In this document: positions 30,368-40,413 of the stretch, in pieces
Numbering within the stretch: the stretch's first letter is position 1
Layout of the letters: every line of letters starts with the position of its first letter
NCBI GenBank assembly: GCA_902618975.1
Contig: CACNCN010000002.1
Location: 5,325 to 69,324, forward strand
Origin: an uncultured Pelagibacteraceae bacterium
Lineage (GTDB): Bacteria; Pseudomonadota; Alphaproteobacteria; Pelagibacterales; Pelagibacteraceae
DNA length: 64,000 nt
Direction: 5' to 3'
Program-made: the position numbers and the translations under genes
The notes under the pieces: model-generated
What the model was told of the DNA's origin: nothing
What the model saw: only the letters and a program-made list of their open reading frames with translations
The model's database searches: none

Positions 30368-31387
30368 TTATAAACCTATACCTTCTCTAATTTTATCTGC
30401 AGTAGATTTAGGCACCCATTTTGACCACACTTCGGGATATCTTACAAGGAACTCAACAGCAGCATCTGCTCCATCAGCTTGTTGTTCAGCCATATAAACT
30501 AACATACCGTTCATTACATCTCCTGGATATGTTCTTTTTTTGAAGTAGTTCATACCAGCTTTACCTGCTGTGTTTTTATAATTATCAGACACTACAGTAA
30601 ACACCTCTGATTTAACCCATGATGATTTTTTAGGATTAGCACATTCTTGCTCAGGCTTAGATAAACAATTATCCCAATTATCTTTACCTGCATATTCACC
30701 CATATCAACAGCTTGAAGATTATATTTACCAACTAGCGAAGTAGGTGACCAATAGTAACCAAACCAGTTTTCACCTCTTTCTGCAGCTTTTGCTATTGAA
30801 CCATCTAAACCAGCAGCTGAGCCAGTTTCAACAATAGCCCAACCCTTAGCTTCCATCTCCCACGCTCTAAAGTGGTTTCTATTACTTAATTCACAGTTCC
30901 AACCTGGGGGACAAATATGGAATCCACCTTTTGATGGATCTTCTGGATGAGGAAAAAGATCAGGTCTCTTAAGAATCTCATCAGCAGAAGTTAATTCTGG
31001 ATGCTTTTCTAAAGTAGCAGGCAGTACCCACCAACCTTCTCCCAAACCTGTGATAGGTGCTTTATTTATTGAGTGAAGCTTACCTTCTTTAACCGCAGCT
31101 TCTAGTTCAACTATGGCTGCATTAGCCCAAAATTCAGGTGCTACATCAGGCTCACCTTTTTCTTGCATAGAGGTAAAAGTTGGCATCGTTGCACCTGGTA
31201 TTAGTTCTACGTTACAACCAAAACCCTTTTCAAGAATTACCTTATCAACTTCAGCCATAAAATTTGCAGAAGCCCAGTTCATATTTGCAATTGTAATATC
31301 ACCACATTCTGCATTAGCAGAAATGTTATAAGTATTAAAACCAAGAACAAACATAACCGAAATCATTATTTTTTTGATTAATTTCAT
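30368..31387 (-). CDS. Glycine betaine-type ABC substrate-binding protein (ProX-like)
   Basis: Signal peptide, NWASA, PDVAPEFW, CPPGWNC, GYYWSP aromatic cage; AGGAG SD upstream. Confidence 0.88.
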   Translation of the reverse strand: MKLIKKIMISVMFVLGFNTYNISANAECGDITIANMNWASANFMAEVDKVILEKGFGCNVELIPGATMPTFTSMQEKGEPDVAPEFWANAAIVELEAAVKEGKLHSINKAPITGLGEGWWVLPATLEKHPELTSADEILKRPDLFPHPEDPSKGGFHICPPGWNCELSNRNHFRAWEMEAKGWAIVETGSAAGLDGSIAKAAERGENWFGYYWSPTSLVGKYNLQAVDMGEYAGKDNWDNCLSKPEQECANPKKSSWVKSEVFTVVSDNYKNTAGKAGMNYFKKRTYPGDVMNGMLVYMAEQQADGADAAVEFLVRYPEVWSKWVPKSTADKIREGIGL

Positions 31388-31511
31388 TATTTTCTCTCCT
31401 TAAGATTAAAATTGAATCACAACATAATATTGAAAAAAATGCAAATTTGTTTCAACCCCAAGTAGTGTTATTATTGTCCATATACTTGGAATTAAAAAAT
31501 AATTAACTTAA

Positions 31512-32147
31512 ATGTCAGTTATGGCTCAAAAAGACATAGGAAATAAAACACCCCTCCATGAATTAAAAACAACTGATGAGGTTATGAAATATTACGACGA
31601 ATGGAGTAAAGATAACAAATATAATAAAGATATGTCCGAGTGGCAGTATTCTGGTCCTAAAGAGACTTCAGAAATTCTTTCAAAATATCAAAATAATAAA
31701 GATATTAAAATTTACGATGCTGGATGTGGGAGTGGTTTAGTAGGTCTTGAATTAAAAAAATATGGGTTCAACCATTTCGATGGTGGCGATATTTCAAAAG
31801 AACTACTAAATCAAATTCCAGCAAATTTGTACAATGAATTAGAGCAAATAGATTTAAATAAAAATATTTTAAAAAAAGATGATTTTTATGATGTTGTTAT
31901 GTGTGTTGGTACATTTACGTTTGCCCATGTAAAAGCTCATGCTTTAGATGAATTTATACGTATCACAAAGAAAAATGGATTTATTTGCTTTACGATTAAT
32001 GAAGCAATATACATAGATTATGGTTTTAAAAGTAAAATTGATAGCCTAGTTGATAACAATATAATAAAGGAAATTGAATTTTTTAAATCAAAGTACTTAG
32101 CAAGTAAAGATGTAAACGCTTGGTTGGGATTATATAAAATTTTATGA
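31512..32147 (+). CDS. Class I SAM-dependent methyltransferase
   Basis: YYDEWS, DAGCGSGLVG, GTFTFAHV. Confidence 0.85.
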   Translation: MSVMAQKDIGNKTPLHELKTTDEVMKYYDEWSKDNKYNKDMSEWQYSGPKETSEILSKYQNNKDIKIYDAGCGSGLVGLELKKYGFNHFDGGDISKELLNQIPANLYNELEQIDLNKNILKKDDFYDVVMCVGTFTFAHVKAHALDEFIRITKKNGFICFTINEAIYIDYGFKSKIDSLVDNNIIKEIEFFKSKYLASKDVNAWLGLYKIL

Positions 32148-32554
32148 AAATAATATTAATAATGGGGCTGCCTGGCGCTGGCAAGACTACATTAGCAGAT
32201 GAATTGGCACCAATGATTAATGCAAAAAGGTTAAATGCAGATCAAGTTAGAAAGGCTGCTAATGATTGGGATTTTTCCGCGGAGGGAAGAAAAAGACAAG
32301 CTAAGAGGATGGCTGAATTTGCAATTAAATTAAAAAATGAGGGAAATAATGTTATCGCTGATTTTATAGCTCCAACACCAGCCGCTAGAGAATTATTTCC
32401 TGCAGATTACATTGTTTGGGTAGATACTATTAAAGCAGGTAGATTTGATGATACCAATCAGATGTTTGTGAAGCCTGAAAAATATAATTTTCATGTAACA
32501 TCACAAGATGCTAAAACTTGGGCACCTAAAATATTAGAGGATTTAGAAAAATGA
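32144..32554 (+). CDS. Adenylyl-sulfate kinase-like P-loop kinase (short)
   Basis: GLPGAGKTT, NADQVR, DWDFSAEGR, ADFIAP. Confidence 0.7.
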   Translation: MKIILIMGLPGAGKTTLADELAPMINAKRLNADQVRKAANDWDFSAEGRKRQAKRMAEFAIKLKNEGNNVIADFIAPTPAARELFPADYIVWVDTIKAGRFDDTNQMFVKPEKYNFHVTSQDAKTWAPKILEDLEK

Positions 32555-32925
32555 GTTATAAATGGGATAATAAAAAACCTACAGCACAAATGCTTGGAAG
32601 ATGGCAACCTTTTCATGATGGTCATTATGCTTTATTTGAGGAGATTGTAAAAAAAACTGGACAGGTATGTATTCAAATTAGAGACGTTCAAGGAGTTGAT
32701 GATAATCCCTTTGATTTTGATACTGTTAAGAAGAATATAGAGGATAGATTAAATCCTAAATATGATGGGAGATTTAAGATAATGCTTGTGCCTAACATTA
32801 CAAATATTTCTTATGGTAGAGGAGTTGGATATAAAATAGAGGAGGTGGTTCTTCCTGAAGAAATCCAAAAAATATCAGCTACAAAAATAAGAGCAAAAAT
32901 GCGTGAAGAGGGAGAACTAGAGTAA
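32551..32925 (+). CDS. Cytidyltransferase-like (HIGH-family) nucleotidyltransferase
   Basis: GRWQPFHDGH and ISATKIR motifs. Confidence 0.75.
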   Translation: MSYKWDNKKPTAQMLGRWQPFHDGHYALFEEIVKKTGQVCIQIRDVQGVDDNPFDFDTVKKNIEDRLNPKYDGRFKIMLVPNITNISYGRGVGYKIEEVVLPEEIQKISATKIRAKMREEGELE

Positions 32926-32927
32926 AT

Positions 32928-33701
32928 ATGAATGTTATTTCAAAAGATCTTGGCTATGGCATAAAATCCATAACGCTAAATGACCCTAAATCATATAACT
33001 CATTATCATTTAAAACATTAAATGAATTATCAAAACTGTTAAAAAAATTTGATGCTGATAGCAAAACAAGAGTAATAATCATAGATGGCAATGGAAAAGG
33101 TTTTAGTGCTGGACATAATTTAAAAGAAGTTAAAAGCTTAAAAATTAAATCTAAATATTTAAAATTATTTAATTTATGTTCTAAAGTAATGATTCAAATT
33201 GTTGAAGGCAGGAAACCAGTAATAGCAAAAGTTCATGGTGCAGCTTTTGCTGCTGGATGTCAGCTAGCTGCAAGCTGTGATTTAGCTTACAGTACTAATG
33301 ATGCAATTTTTGCTACTCCTGGAGTAAACATAGGTCTTTTTTGTAGTACACCTATGGTAGCAGTTAGCAGAAAGATAAATCGAAAACAAATGATGAAGAT
33401 GTTGTTAACTGGTGAACCAATTAAAGCGAACTTTGCAAAACAAATTGGACTAATCAACGACCATTTCAAAAAAAACAAATTAAATAAGGAGGTATTAAAT
33501 ATTGCAAAAAAAATATCCTCCAAATCAAATTTAACAATAAAAATTGGTAAAAGAGCTTTTTACAAACAATTAGAGATGCCATTAAATAAAGCTTACAAAT
33601 ATACCAGTGAAATGATGACATTAAATATGATGGCAATGGACGCTAAAGAAGGTATTTCAGCATTTTTAGAAAAAAGGGCTCCAAAATGGAAACACAAATA
33701 A
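32928..33701 (+). CDS. Enoyl-CoA hydratase family (ECHDC3-like)
   Basis: FSAGHNLKE, AAGCQL, TPGVNIGLFCSTP. Confidence 0.9.
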   Translation: MNVISKDLGYGIKSITLNDPKSYNSLSFKTLNELSKLLKKFDADSKTRVIIIDGNGKGFSAGHNLKEVKSLKIKSKYLKLFNLCSKVMIQIVEGRKPVIAKVHGAAFAAGCQLAASCDLAYSTNDAIFATPGVNIGLFCSTPMVAVSRKINRKQMMKMLLTGEPIKANFAKQIGLINDHFKKNKLNKEVLNIAKKISSKSNLTIKIGKRAFYKQLEMPLNKAYKYTSEMMTLNMMAMDAKEGISAFLEKRAPKWKHK

Positions 33702-34168
33702 TGAACGATCAAGAAATTAAAATTATTTTAGAAAATACAAAAACAATCGCAATGATAGGTATTAGTTCAGAAAAAAAAAAGGAAGATCCAAAAAAAATTA
33801 AAAGGAAACCTGCAAATATTGTAATGAAATATATGCAGGAATTTGGTTACAAAGTAATACCGATAAACCCTTTTGCTGAAGGTGAAATAATAAACGGAGA
33901 AAAAGTGGTATCAGGTTTAGATAAAATTGCGGGAAAAATTGATATAGTTGATGTATTTAGACCATCAGTTGAGACACCAGAAATAGCAGAACAAGCTGTT
34001 AAAATTGGCGCGAAAGTTTTATGGTTACAATATGGAATACATCACGATAAAGCTGAGGAGATAGCAATTAAAGAAAATATTAAGTATGTATCCAATCGAT
34101 GCATAAAACAGGAATATCAAAAAATTTTCCAGAAATCTAATCCTGTATTTCCAGCTTTAAAAAATTAG
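33701..34168 (+). CDS. CoA-binding protein (YccU-like)
   Basis: DIVDVFRPS, WLQYG, NRC motifs; TAATG coupling at 33699-33703. Confidence 0.85.
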   Translation: MNDQEIKIILENTKTIAMIGISSEKKKEDPKKIKRKPANIVMKYMQEFGYKVIPINPFAEGEIINGEKVVSGLDKIAGKIDIVDVFRPSVETPEIAEQAVKIGAKVLWLQYGIHHDKAEEIAIKENIKYVSNRCIKQEYQKIFQKSNPVFPALKN

Positions 34169-34169
34169 T

Positions 34170-35135
34170 TTATCTTCGATATTCTTTAAATTTTTGTAAA
34201 GATTTTTTTAAAAAGTTTTCGTAATTAACCCCTTTTTTAAAATATTTATTATTTAAAAAAGATTTACTCATTTTAAAGTCAAAAGATGGTTCAAAAAAAA
34301 ATGGAATTGAAAGTCTTTTTTTCTTATTCCACAAAACTCTGTGATTAGTAGCTTTGAACTTCCCATCACTCAAAAATTCTAATGCTCTCCCAGTATTAAC
34401 TACAAGAGCATTTTTATTAAACTTAACATTAAACCATTTTTTATTTATTCTATTTTGCACCTGCAGGCCCCCAATTTTATCTTGATATAAAATTGTAAAA
34501 ACTCCACTATCAACATGAGTTTCACATCCTAACGGAACTCTGTCTTGATTAGAGATCTCAACAGGCTTATTTTGTTTAGGATAGTAGTTAAATCTTAATG
34601 TGCTTAAAGTTTTTAATCTTGAGAAAGCTAATTTAGATAAATCAGGATTTTTATTATAAAGTTTTATTATGCCTTTAAATAGTAATTCACTGAGTGAAAA
34701 AATTTCATCAAAATAATTAGACAATAATTTAATTGATTTGCTATCAAAGCATTTTTTCAAATCTAAATGCTCAATATACTGATTTTTTAAATAATTAGAG
34801 TATCTTCTTGTAACTTTCAAATCACCAATATCCAGACCTTCTTTTCCATTCACCTTGCTCGGAAAATATCCTCTGTATAAATGTTTATTTTTATTGTTCC
34901 ATTTCTTTGGTGCAAGTAAAAATTTTTTTTTCCTCTCAAAATTAAAAAACTTATTGCCTAAAATTGTCAATTTTTTTATTTCACTAGGGTTAATTCCATG
35001 ACCAATAACTTGAAAAAAACCAACATTTATACAAGCACTCTCAATTTGTTTTAAAACTTTTTTTGATTTATTACTTTCTAATTCATTTTGTAAAAGTGGA
35101 GATATATTTATTGTTGGAATAAAACTATCTGTCAT
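34170..35135 (-). CDS. Isopenicillin N synthase-family 2OG-Fe(II) oxygenase
   Basis: GFFQVIGHGI, HVD, GGLQV, HRV, RLSIPFF. Confidence 0.88.
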   Translation of the reverse strand: MTDSFIPTINISPLLQNELESNKSKKVLKQIESACINVGFFQVIGHGINPSEIKKLTILGNKFFNFERKKKFLLAPKKWNNKNKHLYRGYFPSKVNGKEGLDIGDLKVTRRYSNYLKNQYIEHLDLKKCFDSKSIKLLSNYFDEIFSLSELLFKGIIKLYNKNPDLSKLAFSRLKTLSTLRFNYYPKQNKPVEISNQDRVPLGCETHVDSGVFTILYQDKIGGLQVQNRINKKWFNVKFNKNALVVNTGRALEFLSDGKFKATNHRVLWNKKKRLSIPFFFEPSFDFKMSKSFLNNKYFKKGVNYENFLKKSLQKFKEYRR

Positions 35136-36088
35136 TATCTATTTACTGTTGGAGTATCTGTAACAATCATCTGACCTTTAACTTTTTCTCTAAAATAAAT
35201 ATATACACCCGCAGCTATAATTATTGCAGCACCTAAAAATGTTCTTGGCTCCGGCACTGTTTTAAAAAGGATATATCCTGCAAGCATAGCCCATATTATA
35301 TACGAGTATTCAAACAAAGATATAATAGAGGGTGAGGCCATACTGTATGCTGAAAATACGCAAAGAAATGAAATGAAAGCAACTATACCCATGACAAGAA
35401 CATAAGGCCAAGATACAAAAGGATTCGTAAACCACTCTCGAGTAATAAATTGATATGTAGGATTTGAAAAAGTATTAAATTTTCCATCACCAGTTACAAT
35501 GAAAATCATTAAACCTGCAAAAATTGCAAATATATATAGCCAAGTCATTTGGGTATAAATATTATCTTTATCAGAGGTATATTTTGTTATTGTCATAGAA
35601 ATAGCATAACAAATTGCGCACGCAACTGGTGCCAATTTAAGAAAATTAAATTCTTCTAATGTAGGGTTTAAAACAATTATTACACCTATAAATCCCACTA
35701 CTATAGCTGACCATCTTCTTATACCAATTTGTTCTTTAAGAAAAAATTTTGCAAACATAGACATAAAAAAGGGACATGAGAAAAATAATGCGCTCGTCAT
35801 AGCAAGTGTCATAAATGTAAGCGAAACATAAAAAAAGCTAAAACCGAAGAAGAAACAAACTACTCTAAGCAAAGTTAGGAATGGATAGCTTGTTTTTAAG
35901 ACAATTTTTTTCTTAGTAACAAATATGAATAATAAAAGTAGGCAAGCTTGTATTAGAGTTCTGCCAAGATAAAGTTCAAATAAAGCTATGTCGTTATATA
36001 TAAATTTTATAAGAGAATCTTGTATAGAGAAAAAGGCCATACCAGTTAATATGTATAATATACCTTTTGTATTCTGATCGCTTTTCAT
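35135..36088 (-). CDS. DMT/EamA-family transporter
   Basis: About 10 TM; LKEQIGIRRW..I..GF.GV motif. Confidence 0.88.
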   Translation of the reverse strand: MKSDQNTKGILYILTGMAFFSIQDSLIKFIYNDIALFELYLGRTLIQACLLLLFIFVTKKKIVLKTSYPFLTLLRVVCFFFGFSFFYVSLTFMTLAMTSALFFSCPFFMSMFAKFFLKEQIGIRRWSAIVVGFIGVIIVLNPTLEEFNFLKLAPVACAICYAISMTITKYTSDKDNIYTQMTWLYIFAIFAGLMIFIVTGDGKFNTFSNPTYQFITREWFTNPFVSWPYVLVMGIVAFISFLCVFSAYSMASPSIISLFEYSYIIWAMLAGYILFKTVPEPRTFLGAAIIIAAGVYIYFREKVKGQMIVTDTPTVNR

Positions 36089-36128
36089 CAGAAGTCGTAT
36101 ATCAAAATAATTAGATACTTAATATTAA

Positions 36129-36680
36129 TTAAATACTCTCTTGTTGTATCAAAATTTGGAGTTTTTCAATCATAATTAAAGGAGTTTTCATTGATGGATA
36201 AATCTTATGAGCTTCAATATAACTGTCTATTGCTTTTTGATAATTTTTTAATGCTGTTTGAACCATTCCTTGCCCAGATAAAGCTCCAAAATGTCTTTTT
36301 TCTAATTTTAAAACCTCGTCAATATCGTTTTGTGAAAGTTCGTAATTCCCCATCAAATAGAGAACTGTAGCTCTTTTATTCCATGCTTCTGCCCAATTAG
36401 GATCTAATTCTATAGCTTTTGAAAATACGTTATGCGCAGATGTCAATTGGTTTTGAGACATGTAATAAGAGCCTTTTGCAAGGAGATTTGTAAGACTTTC
36501 CTCTGAAGGATGTGTAGTCCACATTTTCCAAATTTTAGACTCAATCTCTTTAGCAGCAATTGAGCTACTCGTACTCTTTAATTGATTAAATAAATTATTT
36601 AATTGTTTATCGTAATTTTCTTCGGCATTCGAAACTAATGACAAACAAATTAATATTATGGATAATAATATTTTTTTCAC
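36129..36680 (-). CDS. Secreted TPR protein
   Basis: Signal peptide; AEAWNKRAT and HFGALSG TPR pattern. Confidence 0.8.
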   Translation of the reverse strand: MKKILLSIILICLSLVSNAEENYDKQLNNLFNQLKSTSSSIAAKEIESKIWKMWTTHPSEESLTNLLAKGSYYMSQNQLTSAHNVFSKAIELDPNWAEAWNKRATVLYLMGNYELSQNDIDEVLKLEKRHFGALSGQGMVQTALKNYQKAIDSYIEAHKIYPSMKTPLIMIEKLQILIQQESI

Positions 36681-37001
36681 TTATTTCGGCATAGGGGTTG
36701 CACCTGTTTCAAATGCGATCACTTTTCCATCTTTATATTTAAAAACTCCCATTACAGCTTCTTTATTTCCATCATGAAATGTAACAAAAGCATGCTCAAT
36801 ACCTATTTCATCGTTCTCATATATAACCCTTACTTTTTCTCTATTAATATCGCCACTCATTGCCCATTTAACTACATCGTCTTTTTTTAAAACATTTCCT
36901 GTTTTGTGCATTGTAAAAGTATAATCGTCATGAATTATATCTCTTAAAGCTGTTTCATCTTTGTCTTCCATTGCTTTATTGTATTTAGCTAGTATTGACA
37001 T
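36681..37001 (-). CDS. NTF2/SnoaL-like small protein
   Basis: IIHDDY...YEND...KDGKV pattern; AGGAG SD. Confidence 0.65.
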   Translation of the reverse strand: MSILAKYNKAMEDKDETALRDIIHDDYTFTMHKTGNVLKKDDVVKWAMSGDINREKVRVIYENDEIGIEHAFVTFHDGNKEAVMGVFKYKDGKVIAFETGATPMPK

Positions 37002-37019
37002 TTTTATTCTCCTTTATTT

Positions 37020-37343
37020 TTATTTTCCTGGTTTAACAACGCTATTAGATGCATTAGCTGCATTAGTAAATGCTTTATTATAATCAATTACCTCATGAAC
37101 CATTAAATCATCCATAAGGCCAGAATTTTTAAAAGCTATTTTTAAGGCAACGGCTTGCTCGTATTCACCCTCAACACAAGAAATTACATCAAATCTACCT
37201 CTTACCCACTCGTAAGAAATAAGTTTTAAACCAGCGGCTTCTGTTACTTTTTTTGTAGAAGCGAATCTGTCTGCAGTTGGTTCATTCTGCATTCTTTTCA
37301 TTAGCTCTCCGCTTATCTTACCTATTAAATAAAATTTAGCCAT
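37020..37343 (-). CDS. GYD-domain-like protein
   Basis: DR...KKVTEAAGLKL...GRFDV pattern; GAGGGG SD. Confidence 0.65.
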   Translation of the reverse strand: MAKFYLIGKISGELMKRMQNEPTADRFASTKKVTEAAGLKLISYEWVRGRFDVISCVEGEYEQAVALKIAFKNSGLMDDLMVHEVIDYNKAFTNAANASNSVVKPGK

Positions 37344-37356
37344 TTCCCCTCTTAAA

Positions 37357-37734
37357 TTAGTATAAAGTTTGAACCACTTTTTCTACTCGATCTTTACCGT
37401 CTGGTATTGTTTTCTCTAAAAAAGCATGACATACATCTGTCAATTCTTTGTTATATTTAGAACCATAATGTTTATCTACAGCTTTATTAGTCCCTTCATC
37501 CCAATCTTTTTCTTTGATGCCAATTTCCAAAGCATAAGTTTTCCAAACCTTTACTGATGCCATGGATTTTTCTTTCATGCTATATTCGAATGTTTCTCCT
37601 GATGGTAAAAAATAATTAGCCATATAAATACCTACACAGTCCCAAGCTTTCTCTGTATCTTTTTTACTTAAACTTCCAGCATTTGCAGTATTTATAAATA
37701 TAAAACTTATTAAAACTAATATTAATTTTTTCAT
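37357..37734 (-). CDS. Secreted hypothetical protein (two Cys)
   Basis: Signal peptide ending ANA; no family recognised. Confidence 0.7.
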   Translation of the reverse strand: MKKLILVLISFIFINTANAGSLSKKDTEKAWDCVGIYMANYFLPSGETFEYSMKEKSMASVKVWKTYALEIGIKEKDWDEGTNKAVDKHYGSKYNKELTDVCHAFLEKTIPDGKDRVEKVVQTLY

Positions 37735-37736
37735 AA

Positions 37737-38027
37737 TTAAACCTCAACTTTTGATAATTCCCATAACTGCACATTATCTACGCATTCTGCATAAATCGCT
37801 TTAGCTTTTGGGTTATTTCCAGCAACAAATTCTTTCATCCCTGCCTCATTATGAACTGAAACCTTAAACAGAATACCGCTTTTATCAGGTTTCATTCCTC
37901 CAATAGTTTTTTCTGGATAAGCAACACTTTTTCTTACTTCCATACCTTCGTCAGACTGCATCCATCCCATAAAAGTTTCTAGTTTGCCTTCTTTAAGATT
38001 AACTAAAGCTAACATTTCTTTTTCCAT
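37737..38027 (-). CDS. Small hypothetical protein (possible dimeric alpha/beta-barrel)
   Basis: Clean 96-aa ORF with AGGAG SD; fold is a guess. Confidence 0.65.
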   Translation of the reverse strand: MEKEMLALVNLKEGKLETFMGWMQSDEGMEVRKSVAYPEKTIGGMKPDKSGILFKVSVHNEAGMKEFVAGNNPKAKAIYAECVDNVQLWELSKVEV

Positions 38028-38049
38028 TTTTTCTCCTTTTAAAAAGTAT

Positions 38050-38433
38050 TTATTTTTTCATCGCATTAAACATGCTTAGAGTATCATCAAAAGTCATCAT
38101 AATTTTAGTTTTTCCTTCATCACTAGACTCAAAATAATGACCAAATATCGTATCCATATTGTCAGCAGTTGCGTGCACTCTAACAAATACTTTGTTACCT
38201 TCACTAATCATATCTAAAATTTTTAAATGAAAATTTGGCCATAACGATGGAATTTTTGACATAGCAGCCATCATCGCTTGTTTACCTTTATGTACCCCAG
38301 ATAATGGGTGAACACCTTCTTTGCCTGGAAATGTCCATACAATATTATCATCAATCATCTCATTGAAAAAAGTTTCCATATCACCTTTAGTAAAAAGCTC
38401 ATATGCTTTTCTTGTTTGTTCTTTAACATCCAT
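38050..38433 (-). CDS. SnoaL-like/NTF2 protein
   Basis: YELF..GD, W.FPG...PLSG...G, ISEGNKV pattern; AGGAGG SD. Confidence 0.8.
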   Translation of the reverse strand: MDVKEQTRKAYELFTKGDMETFFNEMIDDNIVWTFPGKEGVHPLSGVHKGKQAMMAAMSKIPSLWPNFHLKILDMISEGNKVFVRVHATADNMDTIFGHYFESSDEGKTKIMMTFDDTLSMFNAMKK

Positions 38434-38454
38434 GTTTATCCTCCTTTATTTTAA

Positions 38455-38739
38455 TTACATTTTTGAAAAATCCATAGTCTGAGAACACTCTTCAGACGTA
38501 GTATCAAAAAAATTATTCATATCTCCTAATTGATCAATAATTGCTTGTGGGCTCTCTGCTTGCCACTTACAAAACATTTTCATCGAGTCACCTGCACCCA
38601 TCATTGTCATATGACATACAGCCTTATCACCTGTAACTCCTTTTTTAAGATCTTCAGGCGAAGTTGAACCAACAACTTCATGAAATTTTTTTTTCATTTC
38701 TTCAGATTTAAATATATGTGTAGCTAAATAATCCTTCAT
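38455..38739 (-). CDS. Small hypothetical protein (DUF4242/SCO4226-like)
   Basis: YLATH...MFCKWQAESPQAI pattern; AGGAG SD. Confidence 0.6.
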   Translation of the reverse strand: MKDYLATHIFKSEEMKKKFHEVVGSTSPEDLKKGVTGDKAVCHMTMMGAGDSMKMFCKWQAESPQAIIDQLGDMNNFFDTTSEECSQTMDFSKM

Positions 38740-38816
38740 AATTCTCCTTTAATAATAAGTTACTTAATTTAATTGAAAATTGTAAACCTTTTATAACAAT
38801 GCTGATATGTGGTTTT

Positions 38817-39818
38817 TTATATCCAGCCTGGAATTGGAAGACCTTTTTCTAGTAAAAATTTTTTATTAAACAGCTTAGAGTTGTATTTGTCTGATTTATC
38901 GCAGAGAATAGTAACAATAGTTTTTCCTGGTCCTAATAATTTACCCAATCTAATTGCACCAGCAATATTTACACCACAACTAGTTCCTAAACTCAAACCC
39001 TCATTTTGAATTAAGTCATAAATTATTGGTAATGACTCTTGATCATTTATTGAAAAAGCACCATCAATTTTAGCTTCAGCAAAGTTTGCAGTTATTCTAC
39101 TAGAGCCAATTCCTTCAGTTATAGATCCACCCTCGCTCTTTAGTTCTCCATTTTCAATATAATTATATAATGATGAACCAGCGGGGTCAGAAAGATAAAT
39201 TTTAATATCTTTATTTTTTTCTTTAAGAAATGAACTCACACCTGCAATAGTTCCACCTGTACCTGATGAACACACAAATCCATCAACTTTACCATCAGTT
39301 TGCTCCCAAACTTCAGGTCCGGTAGTCTCATAATGACCTCTCATATTTGCGGTGTTATCAAATTGATTAGCCCATACAACACCATGATTATTTGAACTCT
39401 TAAGTTCATCTGCAAGTCTTCCTGCAACTTTAACATAATTACCATCATCTTTATAAGGTTTTGGTGGAACTAATTTTAAATCTGCTCCCATATTTTTTAA
39501 CATATCTTTTTTTTCTTGTGTTTGATTGTCATTCATTACAATAATTGTTTTATAACCAACTGAATTTCCTATTAGACACAAGCCTATGCCAGTATTTCCT
39601 GCTGTACCTTCAACAATGGTTCCTCCTTTGGAAATTAATTTTTTCTCCTCAGCATCTTTTATTAAAGCTAAAGCTGCTCTATCTTTTACTGATCCACCAG
39701 GATTAAGATATTCTGCTTTTCCATATATATTACATCCAGTAATCTCTGATGCTGCCCTTAATTTAAAAAGAGGTGTGTTACCAATTCCTGAAATAAAGTT
39801 ATTCTGAATATTCTTCAT
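38817..39818 (-). CDS. cysK: Cysteine synthase A (O-acetylserine sulfhydrylase)
   Basis: [30 protein letters not shown]. Confidence 0.92.
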   Translation of the reverse strand: MKNIQNNFISGIGNTPLFKLRAASEITGCNIYGKAEYLNPGGSVKDRAALALIKDAEEKKLISKGGTIVEGTAGNTGIGLCLIGNSVGYKTIIVMNDNQTQEKKDMLKNMGADLKLVPPKPYKDDGNYVKVAGRLADELKSSNNHGVVWANQFDNTANMRGHYETTGPEVWEQTDGKVDGFVCSSGTGGTIAGVSSFLKEKNKDIKIYLSDPAGSSLYNYIENGELKSEGGSITEGIGSSRITANFAEAKIDGAFSINDQESLPIIYDLIQNEGLSLGTSCGVNIAGAIRLGKLLGPGKTIVTILCDKSDKYNSKLFNKKFLLEKGLPIPGWI

Positions 39819-40383
39819 TTTTTTCTTCGTTACTTATACCATAAGGTTTAAATTCTTCAGTAGCTGTACCTACATTTTTAGCTGGTATTCCTACCATAAC
39901 TCCATTCTCTGGAACATCTTTGGTGACAACAGCATTCGCACCGATCTTTGCGTTTTTTCCAACTGTAATTGGTCCTAATACTTGAGCACCCGATCCGACA
40001 ACAACATTATCTTTAAGAGTAGGGTGTCTTTTAATCTCTCTTTGATCATCAGAATTAATACTAGGAGAAATTCCTCCAAGTGTTACCATATGATAAATTG
40101 TAACGTTATCTCCAATGTTAGATGTTTCTCCAATTACTACTCCCATGCCATGATCAATAAAAAGATTTTTACCAATTTTTGCTTTTGGGTGTATTTCTAT
40201 CCCAGTTAAAAACCTTGAAAATTGTGATATCACTCGTGCTATTAAATCAAATTTTGCAATTGCAAAAAAGTTTGCAATTCTGTGAAAAAATACTGCTTTA
40301 ACCCCAGGATAAGTCAAAACAACAGAAGTTTTTGATTTAGCTGCTGGGTCTCTTTTTATTATAGATTCTAAAAATTCGTTCAT
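39799..40383 (-). CDS. cysE: Serine O-acetyltransferase
   Basis: RDPAA, YPG, TGIEIHP, IDHGMG, RHPT hexapeptide repeats. Confidence 0.95.
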   Translation of the reverse strand: MNEFLESIIKRDPAAKSKTSVVLTYPGVKAVFFHRIANFFAIAKFDLIARVISQFSRFLTGIEIHPKAKIGKNLFIDHGMGVVIGETSNIGDNVTIYHMVTLGGISPSINSDDQREIKRHPTLKDNVVVGSGAQVLGPITVGKNAKIGANAVVTKDVPENGVMVGIPAKNVGTATEEFKPYGISNEEKNEEYSE

Positions 40384-40413
40384 AATTTTCTTAATGATTA
40401 AATTAAAATTAAT

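Noticed and set aside
36129-38739. Integron cassette array or prophage remnant
   Set aside because: Spacers are about 0-22 bp with no attC-like palindromes; no integrase or phage structural genes
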